A stretch of 64,000 nucleotides of DNA from Candidatus Obscuribacteraceae bacterium (lineage in GTDB: Bacteria > Cyanobacteriota > Vampirovibrionia > Obscuribacterales > Obscuribacteraceae), in NCBI GenBank assembly GCA_044226015.1, contig JBGAHS010000001.1, positions 352,001-416,000 on the forward strand, written 5' to 3'. Positions 28,233 through 38,626 of the stretch are shown piece after piece. The notes under the pieces were generated by a model that was given only the letters and a program-made list of their open reading frames with translations, had not been told where the DNA came from and did no database searches. Both the position numbers and the translations under genes were made by a program. Each line of letters starts with the position of its first letter. Positions within the stretch are counted from its first letter, which is position 1.

Positions 28233-29252
28233 ATGAGTCATGGCGGTTTGGGAGGTGGCGGAAGCCACGGTCACGGTGGGCACGGCGCGGCAGCCATGGG
28301 TATGCATGCTGACCAATCTCCTAGTTGGAATATGGCTATGCAAGCCGAAAAGTCTGAGAAGGATCTCTCTAAGAGAATGTCCCTCTTTGACCCAAGATTG
28401 GTAATCGTCATTTCATTGATTGTTTTTGTCACACTCATCACTTTGCCTTACACCATGGATTATATGCAGAGCCAGGGTATGGGCGGCGGCAATTCTGAGC
28501 CTGTGCCTGACTCAAGCGGACCTTCGCTTGCGGCTCTTTCGATGGTAGGAACTACCATGATGGGTGGACACGTAGAACTTCCCGAGAGCGCAATGGAGAA
28601 AATCGCCGAGGCTCAAGGTGGTCATAATCGTGGGCGCGAGCGAATGAGAGAGCTGGTTTCAACAGACCAATCATCACAACTCAATGAGAATAGTTCGGTT
28701 GCTGATCAGCAATCGGAGGCTGCGCGCTCAGCAGCGGAATATGTCCATGATGCACCAGAACTGGCATCAAAGTCAGCAAACGATACCGTTGCTGCAATGG
28801 TAGAAGCTTCGGGTTTGAATCATGGGGCTAGCCGTTCTGCGGCTGCTAGCTCACAAGCTGCACTATCTAGTTTTGGAGCACCGATGCAAGCTGGCGCGAT
28901 TCAGTCTGTTCAAGCGGCACCTGCTGTTGCCATCGAATATGGTGGCGCAATGAAGAGTGCAACCCAGGACTACTACGTTTACATACCAGGGCAGGCTCCT
29001 GCTGAGGCTGCCCTTCCGCAAACTGCTGCTCTTGTTCGGACAAGGCAGCAAGTGGCTATGGCTGAACCTAGAGTAGAACAGATGGCTCCTCAGATTCCAT
29101 ATGATCCAAGTTCGCCCTTCAATCCATCAACAAGTGCTATGGTTGCTCCTATGGGACTGCGCAATCATGCTGGGGCGCCGACTATGCCATTAGTGCCAAG
29201 CACTAGAGGGCAAGATGGTTCGACTCGATTTAAAGTACTTGTTTCGAAATAG
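28233..29252 (+). CDS. Hypothetical single-pass membrane protein with Gly/His-rich N-terminus
   Basis: ATG at 28233 (MSHGG); TM segment LVIVISLIVFVTLITL; Ala/Pro/Gln-rich tail. Confidence 0.7.
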   Translation: MSHGGLGGGGSHGHGGHGAAAMGMHADQSPSWNMAMQAEKSEKDLSKRMSLFDPRLVIVISLIVFVTLITLPYTMDYMQSQGMGGGNSEPVPDSSGPSLAALSMVGTTMMGGHVELPESAMEKIAEAQGGHNRGRERMRELVSTDQSSQLNENSSVADQQSEAARSAAEYVHDAPELASKSANDTVAAMVEASGLNHGASRSAAASSQAALSSFGAPMQAGAIQSVQAAPAVAIEYGGAMKSATQDYYVYIPGQAPAEAALPQTAALVRTRQQVAMAEPRVEQMAPQIPYDPSSPFNPSTSAMVAPMGLRNHAGAPTMPLVPSTRGQDGSTRFKVLVSK

Positions 29253-30138
29253 TCCGCCAGGCTTTTGTGGGAAAGTAATCTGAATTAGGCCATTGCGACG
29301 GAACTCTTTCCAGAATTCCGTCAGCAAAAACTGTTTGCAGATCTAGCTCATTTAGATAGACATATCCAATATGGCAGCCGCAAGTTTTAGCGCTGCATGG
29401 GCGTTCTTTCAAGATAGTGTGCAGTGGGTCGCTGTAAAGATTTCCAAGTACACTCTCGATGAAGTGGCATCGACGAATATTCCCGTCGCCATCGACCGAG
29501 ATAACGTCCTTTCCTGTCTTGCAAACTTTTCCTTCGCTTTTGTGGTACTGGTTGTTTAGTTCAAAGAGAGGGTCTATCTCACTCAACTCTGTAATCTCAG
29601 AATCAGAATAGTAGTTGGCTTCTCTTTTGAACGCATTGACCCATAAATACACAGATTCTGGAAGTGTTTCTCGCAGTGTTCGAATTGCCTCGAAGTTTTC
29701 TTTCAGCCCCACTATTCCAACACTGTATTTTATGCCTTGGGCGCTGAGCTGTGAGCACTGCTTCAGAAATTTGCTTTCAGTGACTTCGCCTGGGTGATAA
29801 GTCGCCCATATTCCTACTTTGTCGCGATTGCAATCTTTCAACCAGTCGAGTTTGCAAGATAGATTTGTCTGCACCGCAACTTTTTGCACGTTGGGTAAGT
29901 TGGTCAATTCTACAAAGGCTTGCTGATATCGAGGATGAATCAGGGCTTCTCCCCAGGGCGTGAAAAAAATGGAAAAGGCGATGTCTTTGCTTCGCTTGAT
30001 GAAGTCCGTAAATCTTTTTAGTGCTGCTTCATCTTTTTCGTGCTCTTCACGTGTTTCAAGATGCTTTGCAAATGGGCAGTAGGGGCAGCCGTAATTGCAG
30101 CTTGAGAGCGGTCCTCGGTACAGAATTGACAAATCCAT
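29230..30138 (-). CDS. STM4011-family radical SAM protein
   Basis: ILYRGPLSSCNYGCPYCPFAK (CxxxCxxC), FFTPWGEAL, C-terminal CGCHIGYV. Confidence 0.88.
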   Translation of the reverse strand: MDLSILYRGPLSSCNYGCPYCPFAKHLETREEHEKDEAALKRFTDFIKRSKDIAFSIFFTPWGEALIHPRYQQAFVELTNLPNVQKVAVQTNLSCKLDWLKDCNRDKVGIWATYHPGEVTESKFLKQCSQLSAQGIKYSVGIVGLKENFEAIRTLRETLPESVYLWVNAFKREANYYSDSEITELSEIDPLFELNNQYHKSEGKVCKTGKDVISVDGDGNIRRCHFIESVLGNLYSDPLHTILKERPCSAKTCGCHIGYVYLNELDLQTVFADGILERVPSQWPNSDYFPTKAWRTISKQVL

Positions 30139-30141
30139 ATT

Positions 30142-31488
30142 CTATTTTGCCTCATATGAATTCATCAGTTCTTTGATTTCTTCAGAATAAAGTGCGTAGC
30201 TGATCGAGTCGGATAGGCTCAGTCCAAGCGCATTCAATTTTATGAAGCCAGATTCCTCGTAAGCTATTCCTTCGGCAATAAACCCATTCAGAATGTTTAT
30301 GTCGCTGAGAGGATTTGATGCGAATTCCGCCTGGTAAGCGTCAATGGAAAGCCCGTCACTCTGCAGTAAAGACTGAATGATAAAACGACGCTTACGTTCT
30401 GTTTGGTCTAGCTCAATTCCGTAAGAAACAAATGAAAAGTCGCGCTCAGTCAATTGGATGTATCTGTCAATTATTGACTTTACTTCTTCTTTCTGGACAG
30501 CGTATGCGCCTGAGTAGTGGATGCTTTTGGTGTATGAACGTGCTCCTGCGCCGATGCCGATCATGCCATCTACCTGGCAACAATATTTTGTGCTTCCGCT
30601 TGCTGCTGTTGTTTTGCGCCTGAACATGCGCATTGATAATTGCTCGTAATCATGTTGTTTCAAAAAACTGCAGGCGATGCTATAGAGTTTGTCTCTGCTG
30701 TCTTCCCATTCTTTGCCCCTTCTACCCATGCCGGTAAGTGGTCTGACGTAGAGGGGGTAGATGAAGATTTCTTCCGGGTTGAATTGCATACTTCGTTCAA
30801 GAGAATAAAGCCATGATTCTTGTGTTTGTGATGGCAACCCGTAAATCAGGTCGATGTTGAATATTGGAAACGCCTGCTCTTTGATGGCTGCTAGCGCATT
30901 TTCCAGCTCTCTGAGGTTTGTGCCTCGCCCTACTTCTTTTAGCTCGGACTCTACAAAGCTCTGAACGCCGATGCTAACTCGGTGGACGTTTTTTCGCTTT
31001 AGTAATTCCAGTTTTTCTGGGTTGGCAGTACCGGGAGATGTTTCTATACCAATCGGTATTTCGTGTCCTTTGACGCCAAAAGTTCTTTCTGCAATTTCAA
31101 ACAATTCTTCCAATGATTCCAATGACAGGAAGGTAGGCGTGCCACCACCAATAGCCACGTTGGCTACTTGAGCGGCCGAAATACTCGCTTTTACAGCTCT
31201 AGCCTGTAGCGCAAGTGATTGCATGTACAGTCTCTCCTGCTCGGAAGCTGGATGTGCAGTTGTGAAAAGATTACAGAAACCACAACGCATCTCGCAAAAA
31301 GGTATGTGAAAGTAGAGGAATAGAGATGAGCACTTCTCGTTTTTCCAAACGTCTGAAAGTTGCCTGGGTGCCTCGAAAGTTCTATATGCCGTTTTGTGCG
31401 GATATGAGTAAGCGTAAGCACAATAGCGATTGTCTTTGAGTCGTTCTAAGAGGCTTTCTGAATGCAATGTGGAATTAATTACTGTCAT
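30142..31488 (-). CDS. STM4012-family radical SAM protein (HemN-like)
   Basis: YAYSYPHKTAYR, HIPFCEMRCGFCNLF, GGGTPT, YCCQ.DGM.G.GAGARSYT. Confidence 0.88.
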   Translation of the reverse strand: MTVINSTLHSESLLERLKDNRYCAYAYSYPHKTAYRTFEAPRQLSDVWKNEKCSSLFLYFHIPFCEMRCGFCNLFTTAHPASEQERLYMQSLALQARAVKASISAAQVANVAIGGGTPTFLSLESLEELFEIAERTFGVKGHEIPIGIETSPGTANPEKLELLKRKNVHRVSIGVQSFVESELKEVGRGTNLRELENALAAIKEQAFPIFNIDLIYGLPSQTQESWLYSLERSMQFNPEEIFIYPLYVRPLTGMGRRGKEWEDSRDKLYSIACSFLKQHDYEQLSMRMFRRKTTAASGSTKYCCQVDGMIGIGAGARSYTKSIHYSGAYAVQKEEVKSIIDRYIQLTERDFSFVSYGIELDQTERKRRFIIQSLLQSDGLSIDAYQAEFASNPLSDINILNGFIAEGIAYEESGFIKLNALGLSLSDSISYALYSEEIKELMNSYEAK

Positions 31489-32302
31489 TCTGATGTCCTC
31501 GGTCGGCAGGAACAATCAGCTCCAGGTAGGGCACATTCCAGATGACAGGGTGGTTGATGCGATGTCCGGTGAATCCATCTTCACCGTATGCGGTGCCGTG
31601 GTCTGAGCATATGATGGCGAGGAATGCACCGCGGGCAGACATGGCATTGAAAAGCGCTGACATTTGAGAATCGACATATGCCAATGCAGCTTTCTGTGTT
31701 TCCGTTGAATCGCTCTTCGCGCCCGGCATGAAGATGCAGTTTGGCTGATGCAGCGCAGAAACATTCATGAAAAGAAAAAGTCTTTGCTTGCTTTCAATTG
31801 CCTCTATGGACTGCACTGCTTGTACAACCTGATGCCTCGTACTTTCGTTGTTTGTAACACCCATTTCGCTGCACCAATAGCTGTCCTGAAAAAGGCTCGG
31901 TAGCACGTTTCCCAGAGGGTTCTGCTTGTTGAAGAAGCCGACACCACCAATACAGATGGTTCGATATTGATGCGCTGCGAACCCCGATATTATGTCGGGG
32001 GTGTCAAATACGGCCGTGTGCTCAGTGCTTGTTTCGCTTCCAGCAAATTTTGCAGCAAACAATCGCGGATGATTTCCCGGTGATGAAGGTGTTGGCAGAA
32101 AACCAGCAAAAAATGACTGATGCGCAGCAAAGGTAAAATTGCCCGGAGTGTGTCTTAGTTCCCAGCCCTCTTTCGGAAGCAGTTTTGCGAAGTTCGGAAT
32201 CAAGCCTTCAAGGAATGCTTCCTGCGCTACATCATACCTGAGTGCATCAAGTGTTATGAATAGAATATCGTGCGTGCCGATAAGGGAGGGAGCGTCTATC
32301 AT
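31475..32302 (-). CDS. STM4013/SEN3800-family hydrolase (alkaline phosphatase/sulfatase-like fold)
   Basis: ITLDALRYDVA, RHTPGNFTFAAH, CIGGVGFFNK, CSDHGTAYGEDG. Confidence 0.85.
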   Translation of the reverse strand: MIDAPSLIGTHDILFITLDALRYDVAQEAFLEGLIPNFAKLLPKEGWELRHTPGNFTFAAHQSFFAGFLPTPSSPGNHPRLFAAKFAGSETSTEHTAVFDTPDIISGFAAHQYRTICIGGVGFFNKQNPLGNVLPSLFQDSYWCSEMGVTNNESTRHQVVQAVQSIEAIESKQRLFLFMNVSALHQPNCIFMPGAKSDSTETQKAALAYVDSQMSALFNAMSARGAFLAIICSDHGTAYGEDGFTGHRINHPVIWNVPYLELIVPADRGHQNDSN

Positions 32303-33507
32303 TAAAGCACTGCCTCCTGTTTGGGGAGTCGAACCGCTTCTTTTGAGAGCGCTGTTCCGGAGGCTGCAAGTGTATCCAAGTTCAAAATCGACATTAGCTC
32401 GCTGGTGTAGGTGTTGTGTTTGTCGAAATAAACGTCTTTAAGATGATCGCCAAAAGCGTTGACTTCTGCTACTGCATGTTTCTTCAATCCCGCGCTGACA
32501 AGTAAGTCGATTCCCATATACAGGCTTCGCGGAAAAATTCGTGCAACGGCTTCTGTCGTCTTCAAAATGCTTTGCCATTGTGAGCCCATTCTGCTTTCGA
32601 ACTCGTCGGTTTCAGCGCGTTGATTTAACAGATGCAAGTTTGTGAAAGGACCACTACTTAGCCTCAGGACTTTATGCTTTGCGATACCGTCTATGGTGAC
32701 TATGCGCAGGTCGCAGCTCTGTCCATTGTGATTTGCTTTTACAATCCACTCCTCCGCAAATACACGGTCGTGGCAGAGCAAATTCACTAGTTTTTCAATC
32801 TCTGTGTGGTTATTTAGTACTTTCAACTTTCTTGAGTTGTACAGGCGCTTTTCCGGTCCTGATTCTTCTAGTTCAATAGTGCTGCATGCTTGCATATGGT
32901 GCTGGTTCATGCGAAACGCAATTAGACCTGAAGCGCTCGAGCCATGGGCCAGTTTTAGGAATACGCGCGAGCAGTTATTTGTCCGTATTTTCTCTCGCAA
33001 CTCTTCGAATGAGGATATCTCCCCTAACTGCATTGCGCTTGGAATTGAAGCTTGCTGAAATAACTTTTGGCAAGCTATTTTGTCGAACATTGTTGCGATG
33101 TCATCTGGGCGATTCAAGAAATCGCAGCCTGCTTCTGCACCAATTTGCTTGAGTTCTTGCAGTAATTGTTTGAATCCGAGATACCATTGCCGAGACGGCA
33201 AGATTGCACCTTTGCAAAATGAAAGTGCCTCTAACTCTTTAGGAGATAAGGTAAGGACAGGCTCTTCGTTGGCTGCACTATATCCGCGTTTCAGTAGGAG
33301 CTTTTCTACGGAAAAGTTCTTGCCGGGTGACTCTATTCTTATTATGGAATCAGGCTTCAACTTTTCTCTCAGCTGATCGAGCGACTCGGACATTGTAAGG
33401 TATGGAACTACCTCACAATGCACTGCGCTGAATTGCGCGCATGCTTCAACGAAGCCCTTTACGCGAGGGCTGTCGTGTTCTCCAATCAGAACTATATGCA
33501 CGGACAT
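32302..33507 (-). CDS. STM4014-family ATP-grasp-like protein
   Basis: MFDK, FLKLAHGSSASG, DLRIV, TNLHL, GIDLL, EVNAFGD. Confidence 0.85.
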   Translation of the reverse strand: MSVHIVLIGEHDSPRVKGFVEACAQFSAVHCEVVPYLTMSESLDQLREKLKPDSIIRIESPGKNFSVEKLLLKRGYSAANEEPVLTLSPKELEALSFCKGAILPSRQWYLGFKQLLQELKQIGAEAGCDFLNRPDDIATMFDKIACQKLFQQASIPSAMQLGEISSFEELREKIRTNNCSRVFLKLAHGSSASGLIAFRMNQHHMQACSTIELEESGPEKRLYNSRKLKVLNNHTEIEKLVNLLCHDRVFAEEWIVKANHNGQSCDLRIVTIDGIAKHKVLRLSSGPFTNLHLLNQRAETDEFESRMGSQWQSILKTTEAVARIFPRSLYMGIDLLVSAGLKKHAVAEVNAFGDHLKDVYFDKHNTYTSELMSILNLDTLAASGTALSKEAVRLPKQEAVL

Positions 33508-34424
33508 TACTCACCAACTGATACGTACCGGTCTTCTTCGTTGTCGCCCTGTCCGTCCGTTGAGTCGATTTCGATGCCCAGTCGTCTCAGCTTGTTTATC
33601 ATGTTGTCAGAGCAGTAATGATAGTGAATGTCTAGTTTTTTTAGTTGAGTGATTTGTGGGCAGTTCAGCAGATGCTCTGCGCCGACATCGCCGAGTGTTC
33701 CCAGTGACAAATCGAGGATTCTAAGTTGTTTGACGATGTCTGATTTTGCCAGCAACTCTGCTACTGCATCTGCCATATCGCTATCTCGTAAGCCCAGATA
33801 TTCGAGTTTAGGAAACTTCGAGGATTGAACGATTGGTTCAATGTCTCCTATTGCAAAATTTGCACCATATTCGGTTGTTCCAAGCCAAATTTCCAGATGC
33901 TTCAGATTTGGAAGCTTGCTGTTTCCGATCTGCTGAAGGACCCTTCGATCAAGCCCGCCAGTCTCAATAACTAGTGATTCCAGTTTCTCGTGCCGAAGTG
34001 CTCCCAGGCTTAATTCAGCTCCACCTCTTGCCCCAAAATGCGTTAGTGCAGGGAATGCCAGAAGAAGTGGCGATAGATCGGATTGCACAATCCAGGAGAT
34101 TTCGCATTCTTCGAACGTGACCTCAGCAATGAAAATTGCAGTCAGTTTGGGCAGGCGGTCTGAGGCTGCGACGATGGCGTCCACGACTTCAGTGCTGGCT
34201 GTACCAGTTCCCATTTCTCCCCATCCACCCACGACGAGTGCTTCTAGTTCGCTGGAATTTTCGTCGTCTAGAAATTTGTGAAATTTGTCAGCCCAGGAAA
34301 TATCGTCATCGTAACCAACCGAAATTCGGTAAGCGTTTTCGGATGGGTTTTCGATTTTGTCACCGATTTCCCAGTTAACGATTTTCTTTGAGGCAAAATT
34401 ACCCATATCAGTGGCGATGGCCAT
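33507..34424 (-). CDS. STM4015-family leucine-rich repeat protein
   Basis: EECEISWI, LKHLEIWLG, LEYLGL, LRILDLSLGTL, C-terminal RYVSVGE. Confidence 0.85.
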   Translation of the reverse strand: MAIATDMGNFASKKIVNWEIGDKIENPSENAYRISVGYDDDISWADKFHKFLDDENSSELEALVVGGWGEMGTGTASTEVVDAIVAASDRLPKLTAIFIAEVTFEECEISWIVQSDLSPLLLAFPALTHFGARGGAELSLGALRHEKLESLVIETGGLDRRVLQQIGNSKLPNLKHLEIWLGTTEYGANFAIGDIEPIVQSSKFPKLEYLGLRDSDMADAVAELLAKSDIVKQLRILDLSLGTLGDVGAEHLLNCPQITQLKKLDIHYHYCSDNMINKLRRLGIEIDSTDGQGDNEEDRYVSVGE

Positions 34425-34594
34425 TAGTTTTCCTCACTTAGACGACGTGTTATATCTTCGACCTTTGACCAGGCGTTTGCGTTAGTAAACAGGGATTCTT
34501 GCTGAAGATTTACATAAAAAGCACCGCAGTCAGGAGTTAATGCCAAATTGAGTTGTAAGCGGGAATAATTCGAATGAGAAACGAGGAGAATTGT

Positions 34595-34897
34595 ATGTCG
34601 CTCTGGAGACAAGGTGATGTCCTGATCAAGTCCGTGAAATCCATTCCGAAGAATTTAAAAACCCGTTCCGGGGCGGTCCTGGTGCGCGGTGAAGCGACGG
34701 GGCACAGTCATCGCTTGCAAAATAGAGATGTTGGGGAATTGTTCGAAGCCGACAATAAGCTATATTTGCGTGTACTCGCAGATGAGGCAGTTATTGTTCA
34801 CGAAGAACATGGACCAGTTCACCTTCCAAAAGGTGAGTATGAAATCTGGCAGCAACGCGAATACTCCCCTGCTGCTATCCGGACCATCAGAGATTGA
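34595..34897 (+). CDS. Small His-rich 'RQGDV' protein (cupin-like, putatively metal-binding)
   Basis: RBS GAGGAG before ATG 34595; RQGDV, GEATGHSH, HEEHGP, QQREY. Confidence 0.8.
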   Translation: MSLWRQGDVLIKSVKSIPKNLKTRSGAVLVRGEATGHSHRLQNRDVGELFEADNKLYLRVLADEAVIVHEEHGPVHLPKGEYEIWQQREYSPAAIRTIRD

Positions 34898-35011
34898 CCT
34901 ACTGTATTTTTTTCGACGAGCTATCAGAAATATCGCTAGCTGTATTTTGCTTGATTAAGTATCAGGTATGGTGGATATTGTGTTTTATGGATAGAGCATA
35001 AGCGTGGCTAA

Positions 35012-36136
35012 ATGGGAATTTTTGATTTTTTTACTAAAGGCAAGAAGGAAGCGCCTCCGCAAGATGATTTTTCCAGTCCGGTCAAATCTCCGCAGAAGGC
35101 TCGGGAACTACTGAAAAAAGGTACTGCTCCCTTTGGAATGGAAGTGAATGGTTATTTGGATTTGCGCTCGTGCACTGAAATTGTTCGTCTGCCTGAGGGC
35201 CTGCGTTGCGATGTGCTCGATCTGACAGGATGCTCCAAGCTCATTGAAATTCCCGGTACGATGCAGGTAGGACGCCTCATTTTAGATAAGTGTTCTTCTC
35301 TGAAACCGCTGCCATCTGATTTGAAGTGCAACGAACTCCGAATGCACGATTCTCATTTCGAAGAGTGGACCGAGGGCTTAAATCCTAAATTTAAGCTTGA
35401 TCTGCAGGGGTCCTCCAGGCTCAAGAAGATTCCGCCTAACTTTAAGTGTGGAACGCTCATTCTTGAAAATTGCACTGAATTGCGTGAGATAGGTGATGGA
35501 CTCGATGTCAATTCCCTGGATTTGTCTAATTGTTCTAATTTGGAATCTCTACCAGAACGAGGAAGATTGCGATTCGGAAGATTGATTTTGCGGAATTGCT
35601 CATCGCTCAAAGCAATTCCAGAGTGGGTTGAAAATTGCTCTCGGCTAGATCTGCGCGGAGCATCGTTAATTTCTGAGGTGCCTGAGGGCACTATGGGTGG
35701 TGCCCAGATTGATATCGCTGGCTCTTCCGTTCGATCATTGCCAGCCGACGCTGCGTTCTCAATTTTGTGGAATGGTGTTTTGATTGATGAGCGCATTGCG
35801 TTTCATCCTGAGGAAATTAGCGCCCGCGAAATCATCGATTGTGTGAATGTGGAAACTCGACGAGTCATGCTTGAACGTGTTGGATATGAGCGGTTTTTCG
35901 AAGAGCTTTCACCGACTGTTCTAGACGAAGATCAGGACAAAGGTGGCAAAAGAACATTGCTAAAGATTGGACTAAGTGGTGATGAAGACCTCGTTTGTGT
36001 GACTTTCAGTTGCCCCTCGACTGGTCGAAAATATGTCACGCGCGTTCCGCCAAAAATAAAGACTTGCCATCAGGCAGTGGCTTGGATGGCTGGTTTTGAT
36101 AACCCCAACGATTACAAGCCGATGCATGAAACTTGA
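35012..36136 (+). CDS. LRR protein with DUF6745-like C-terminal domain
   Basis: L.L..C..L..LP repeats; NVETRRVMLERVGYERF, CPSTGRKY..RVPP, QAVAW. Confidence 0.8.
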   Translation: MGIFDFFTKGKKEAPPQDDFSSPVKSPQKARELLKKGTAPFGMEVNGYLDLRSCTEIVRLPEGLRCDVLDLTGCSKLIEIPGTMQVGRLILDKCSSLKPLPSDLKCNELRMHDSHFEEWTEGLNPKFKLDLQGSSRLKKIPPNFKCGTLILENCTELREIGDGLDVNSLDLSNCSNLESLPERGRLRFGRLILRNCSSLKAIPEWVENCSRLDLRGASLISEVPEGTMGGAQIDIAGSSVRSLPADAAFSILWNGVLIDERIAFHPEEISAREIIDCVNVETRRVMLERVGYERFFEELSPTVLDEDQDKGGKRTLLKIGLSGDEDLVCVTFSCPSTGRKYVTRVPPKIKTCHQAVAWMAGFDNPNDYKPMHET

Positions 36137-36346
36137 GTTGATCTTTTGTGCTTCGCTCTGAATCGCTTCTCGATAAGCGACCTTGAGTGACTAACTTGCC
36201 CGCGCTCATGCGATTGTTTTTGCTTGCCATCTCGGCCGAATGCAAGTGCCTTTGTGTCTAGTAAAGTATGTCATAGTTAATTTGTGGGACGATTTTTACT
36301 CCTGCAAAGCGTGTATATATTTTCTGTCGAACGAAGGAGAATCGCC

Positions 36347-37369
36347 GTGGGTGATAGCAGGCATAAGCACGATAAGTCAGACAAGGCAGAAGAGAAAATC
36401 GAAAAAGCTGACAGTGCTGCTGTAAAGCTTGAGAATATAAAGGTAGCAGTCAAGGAAGACGCAAAGGCTGTCTTTGGCTATTTGATGAAGAAGTCCGAAA
36501 GTTCTGAGGGGAAAGCCGAAGCCCCAAGGGAAATTCCTTATGAGAAGCAGAATCCTGTATTGAAGCCGTCTGATGTTTCAAACTGTGTTGCTAATGCCAT
36601 AACTCAGTACGAGAGCTCCGGAAAGGGGCGGGTAATCAATGACCACCTTTGGACCGGAAAAGCCGGTGGAGCTGTGTATATCGGTAACCAGCTTTACTTT
36701 GAAGAAGGCAACTCAATGAACGTGCTCAAAGGGCTGCCGCTGCGTTCTGGCAAAGAGCTTGATCTGTACCAGGAAATAGTAAGATACACTAAGCACAATG
36801 ACATTACAGACCCATCTAAAAAGATTACACCAGATATGGTGATGTCGTGGTCGCTAAAGGTCAATGCAGACAACGATGGTAATGTTGTAATTCAAGATGC
36901 CCTGTTAACGGCTCACAACGTTATGCGTGCGCTTGCTCGTTCGGAAGTTGCCGAGGTTGAGAACTTGCCCAAGGATGACCCTGTTCGGCACATCGTGGAA
37001 GACCAAACCCCCTCTCACAAGCCTGATTGGCCTCATGCTAAGGGATTGAGAGAAACAATCTACGACAAGTATCAGTTGAAGAAAGGGCTTAGCGAGGGTC
37101 ATGATACTGCTCTTTTTGATCAGTCCGACCGATACTCAGTTTTTAAGCCGCTGACAGATTATGCTAACTCAAGCACTGGGTCATCGTATCACTTCTGGGT
37201 CGGTGCTTTCGGCGCTTCATGTCTCGGCTCAGGCGCTACGCGGCTGGCGGTCAAGGTCGAAGGTGACAAGGTGAAGGGTGGCAACAAAACTGGCCAAGAT
37301 GAGAAGCCGTGGGGTAATGCAGGGGTAGATATGTATGACAAGGTTTCGGGAAACATGCATTGGCTCTAG
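36347..37369 (+). CDS. Hypothetical protein
   Basis: Long ORF; AAGGAG RBS before GTG at 36347. Confidence 0.7.
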   Translation: MGDSRHKHDKSDKAEEKIEKADSAAVKLENIKVAVKEDAKAVFGYLMKKSESSEGKAEAPREIPYEKQNPVLKPSDVSNCVANAITQYESSGKGRVINDHLWTGKAGGAVYIGNQLYFEEGNSMNVLKGLPLRSGKELDLYQEIVRYTKHNDITDPSKKITPDMVMSWSLKVNADNDGNVVIQDALLTAHNVMRALARSEVAEVENLPKDDPVRHIVEDQTPSHKPDWPHAKGLRETIYDKYQLKKGLSEGHDTALFDQSDRYSVFKPLTDYANSSTGSSYHFWVGAFGASCLGSGATRLAVKVEGDKVKGGNKTGQDEKPWGNAGVDMYDKVSGNMHWL

Positions 37370-37581
37370 TTCTACAAGTAAATTTGTTGAGCGGTGATTC
37401 TTGCACGGGAATTCTTAATTTAAGAGACTCTTTGCGGATTTCATGCCTGCAAAGGTTTTTACTTGGGTGTTGTAACGCCAAAGTTTCAGGACGCATAGCT
37501 GTCCTGGGCAGGGCTTGCTATAATCAATTTATCGCACACTGAAAATTTGATGCAAAGAAGCCTGAAACCCAACCCCATCAT

Positions 37582-37962
37582 GGGGGCGTTTAGATTCGAC
37601 AGGGTTGTAGGGTCGTGAGTTGCAAGCCGAGGTTGTTCGGAACCTCGTTAACAACCGAGCAAAACAATAAACGCAAACAACAATGTTGTTAGCCTCCGCC
37701 CTGCCCTCAAGGCAGTTGCCTAACTAAAAGCTTAGGTGCGGACTTGACTGGGAGTCTTGATCACCCGATTTCCATCATGTTAAACCATGGTGATTGCTCA
37801 CAGGCGAAGTTAGCAGTTAGTAGCCTGTGCTAAGACATAATTGCGAACCTGGATGGCTGTCTGTGCCTTTCCCAGCGGTTCTGGGAGAATAAGAGACTAA
37901 GCTTGTAGTAACTTGCCTCTCGGCAATTTTGGACGCGAGTGCGATTCTCGCCGCCTCCACCA
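37582..37962 (+). ncRNA. ssrA: tmRNA; tag reading frame 37673..37723 encodes ANNNVVSLRPALKAVA
   Basis: 5' GGGGGCG pairs with 3' CGCCTCC-ACCA (G3-U pair); GATTCGAC near the 5' end; resume codon GCA after ATAAAC; cyanobacterial-type tag. Confidence 0.95.
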
Positions 37963-38103
37963 TTTTTTTCAGGCTAAAACAATCAGTGTAAGTCCACGCT
38001 TCGAGTATTTTCAACTTTGAGAATGTGCAAGTGTGGACTTTTTTTGTTGTGTATATTGCAAAACGGTAGCCCGGTGGTGTCTGGTTGTGCCTCTGTCCAC
38101 GGA

Positions 38104-38626
38104 TTATTCTCTGATGCGCTTACTATTAGCAGCTATATCTTTTTCAATCGTGCGCAGCGTTTTCTCGCGGATGGGTCCGAAGTACTGCTTCGCTTTCATC
38201 GTCTTCGAATACATGCCGAACGTCTTGTGCGAGTTCCAGTAACTGTACATCTTCTGGTGGCAAACCGTTGATCTGGCTAGGCTCGTATGCAAGCGCGCCC
38301 ATCGCGGTCTCGCCGATATATCCCAATCTGTCGAGGGGCGACAGCTCGGCTGGATCTAGTCCTTGCTTGCGGAAGAGTCTGTCCATCAACAGCATGCCCC
38401 AGCCATCGGGCAAGCAGTCGCTTATCAGCCCCGGCAGTCGCAGCTGATGGGCAGGATGATCTCCAAAAGTTTGGCTGCTCAGCGGCATTTTAAATGGCGA
38501 AACTTCCAAGCCGCGCTTAATAGCCGCAGCCGTGTACTCGAAGAGAATATCTCTGCCGTCGTCGGCTAGGACCCCCAGGGTGAACCGTTCTCCCCAGCCA
38601 GTATAGATGACATTCAGCTTTTTCAT
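38104..38626 (-). pseudogene. hipA: HipA-family toxin kinase remnant (N-terminal domain only; apparent internal deletion)
   Basis: LPGLISDCLPDGWG.LLMDR and LDRLGYIG..AMGAL.YEP are present; the ORF ends after ~150 aa without the kinase core. Confidence 0.75.

Noticed and set aside
34424..34612. 62-aa ORF whose stop overlaps the STM4015-like start
   Set aside because: It overlaps the divergent gene and its promoter region, and has no clear RBS or recognisable motif.
38017..38271. Plus-strand ORFs, one containing LVVPLST (PemK/MazF-like word)
   Set aside because: They lie antisense to the hipA remnant and show no other PemK features.
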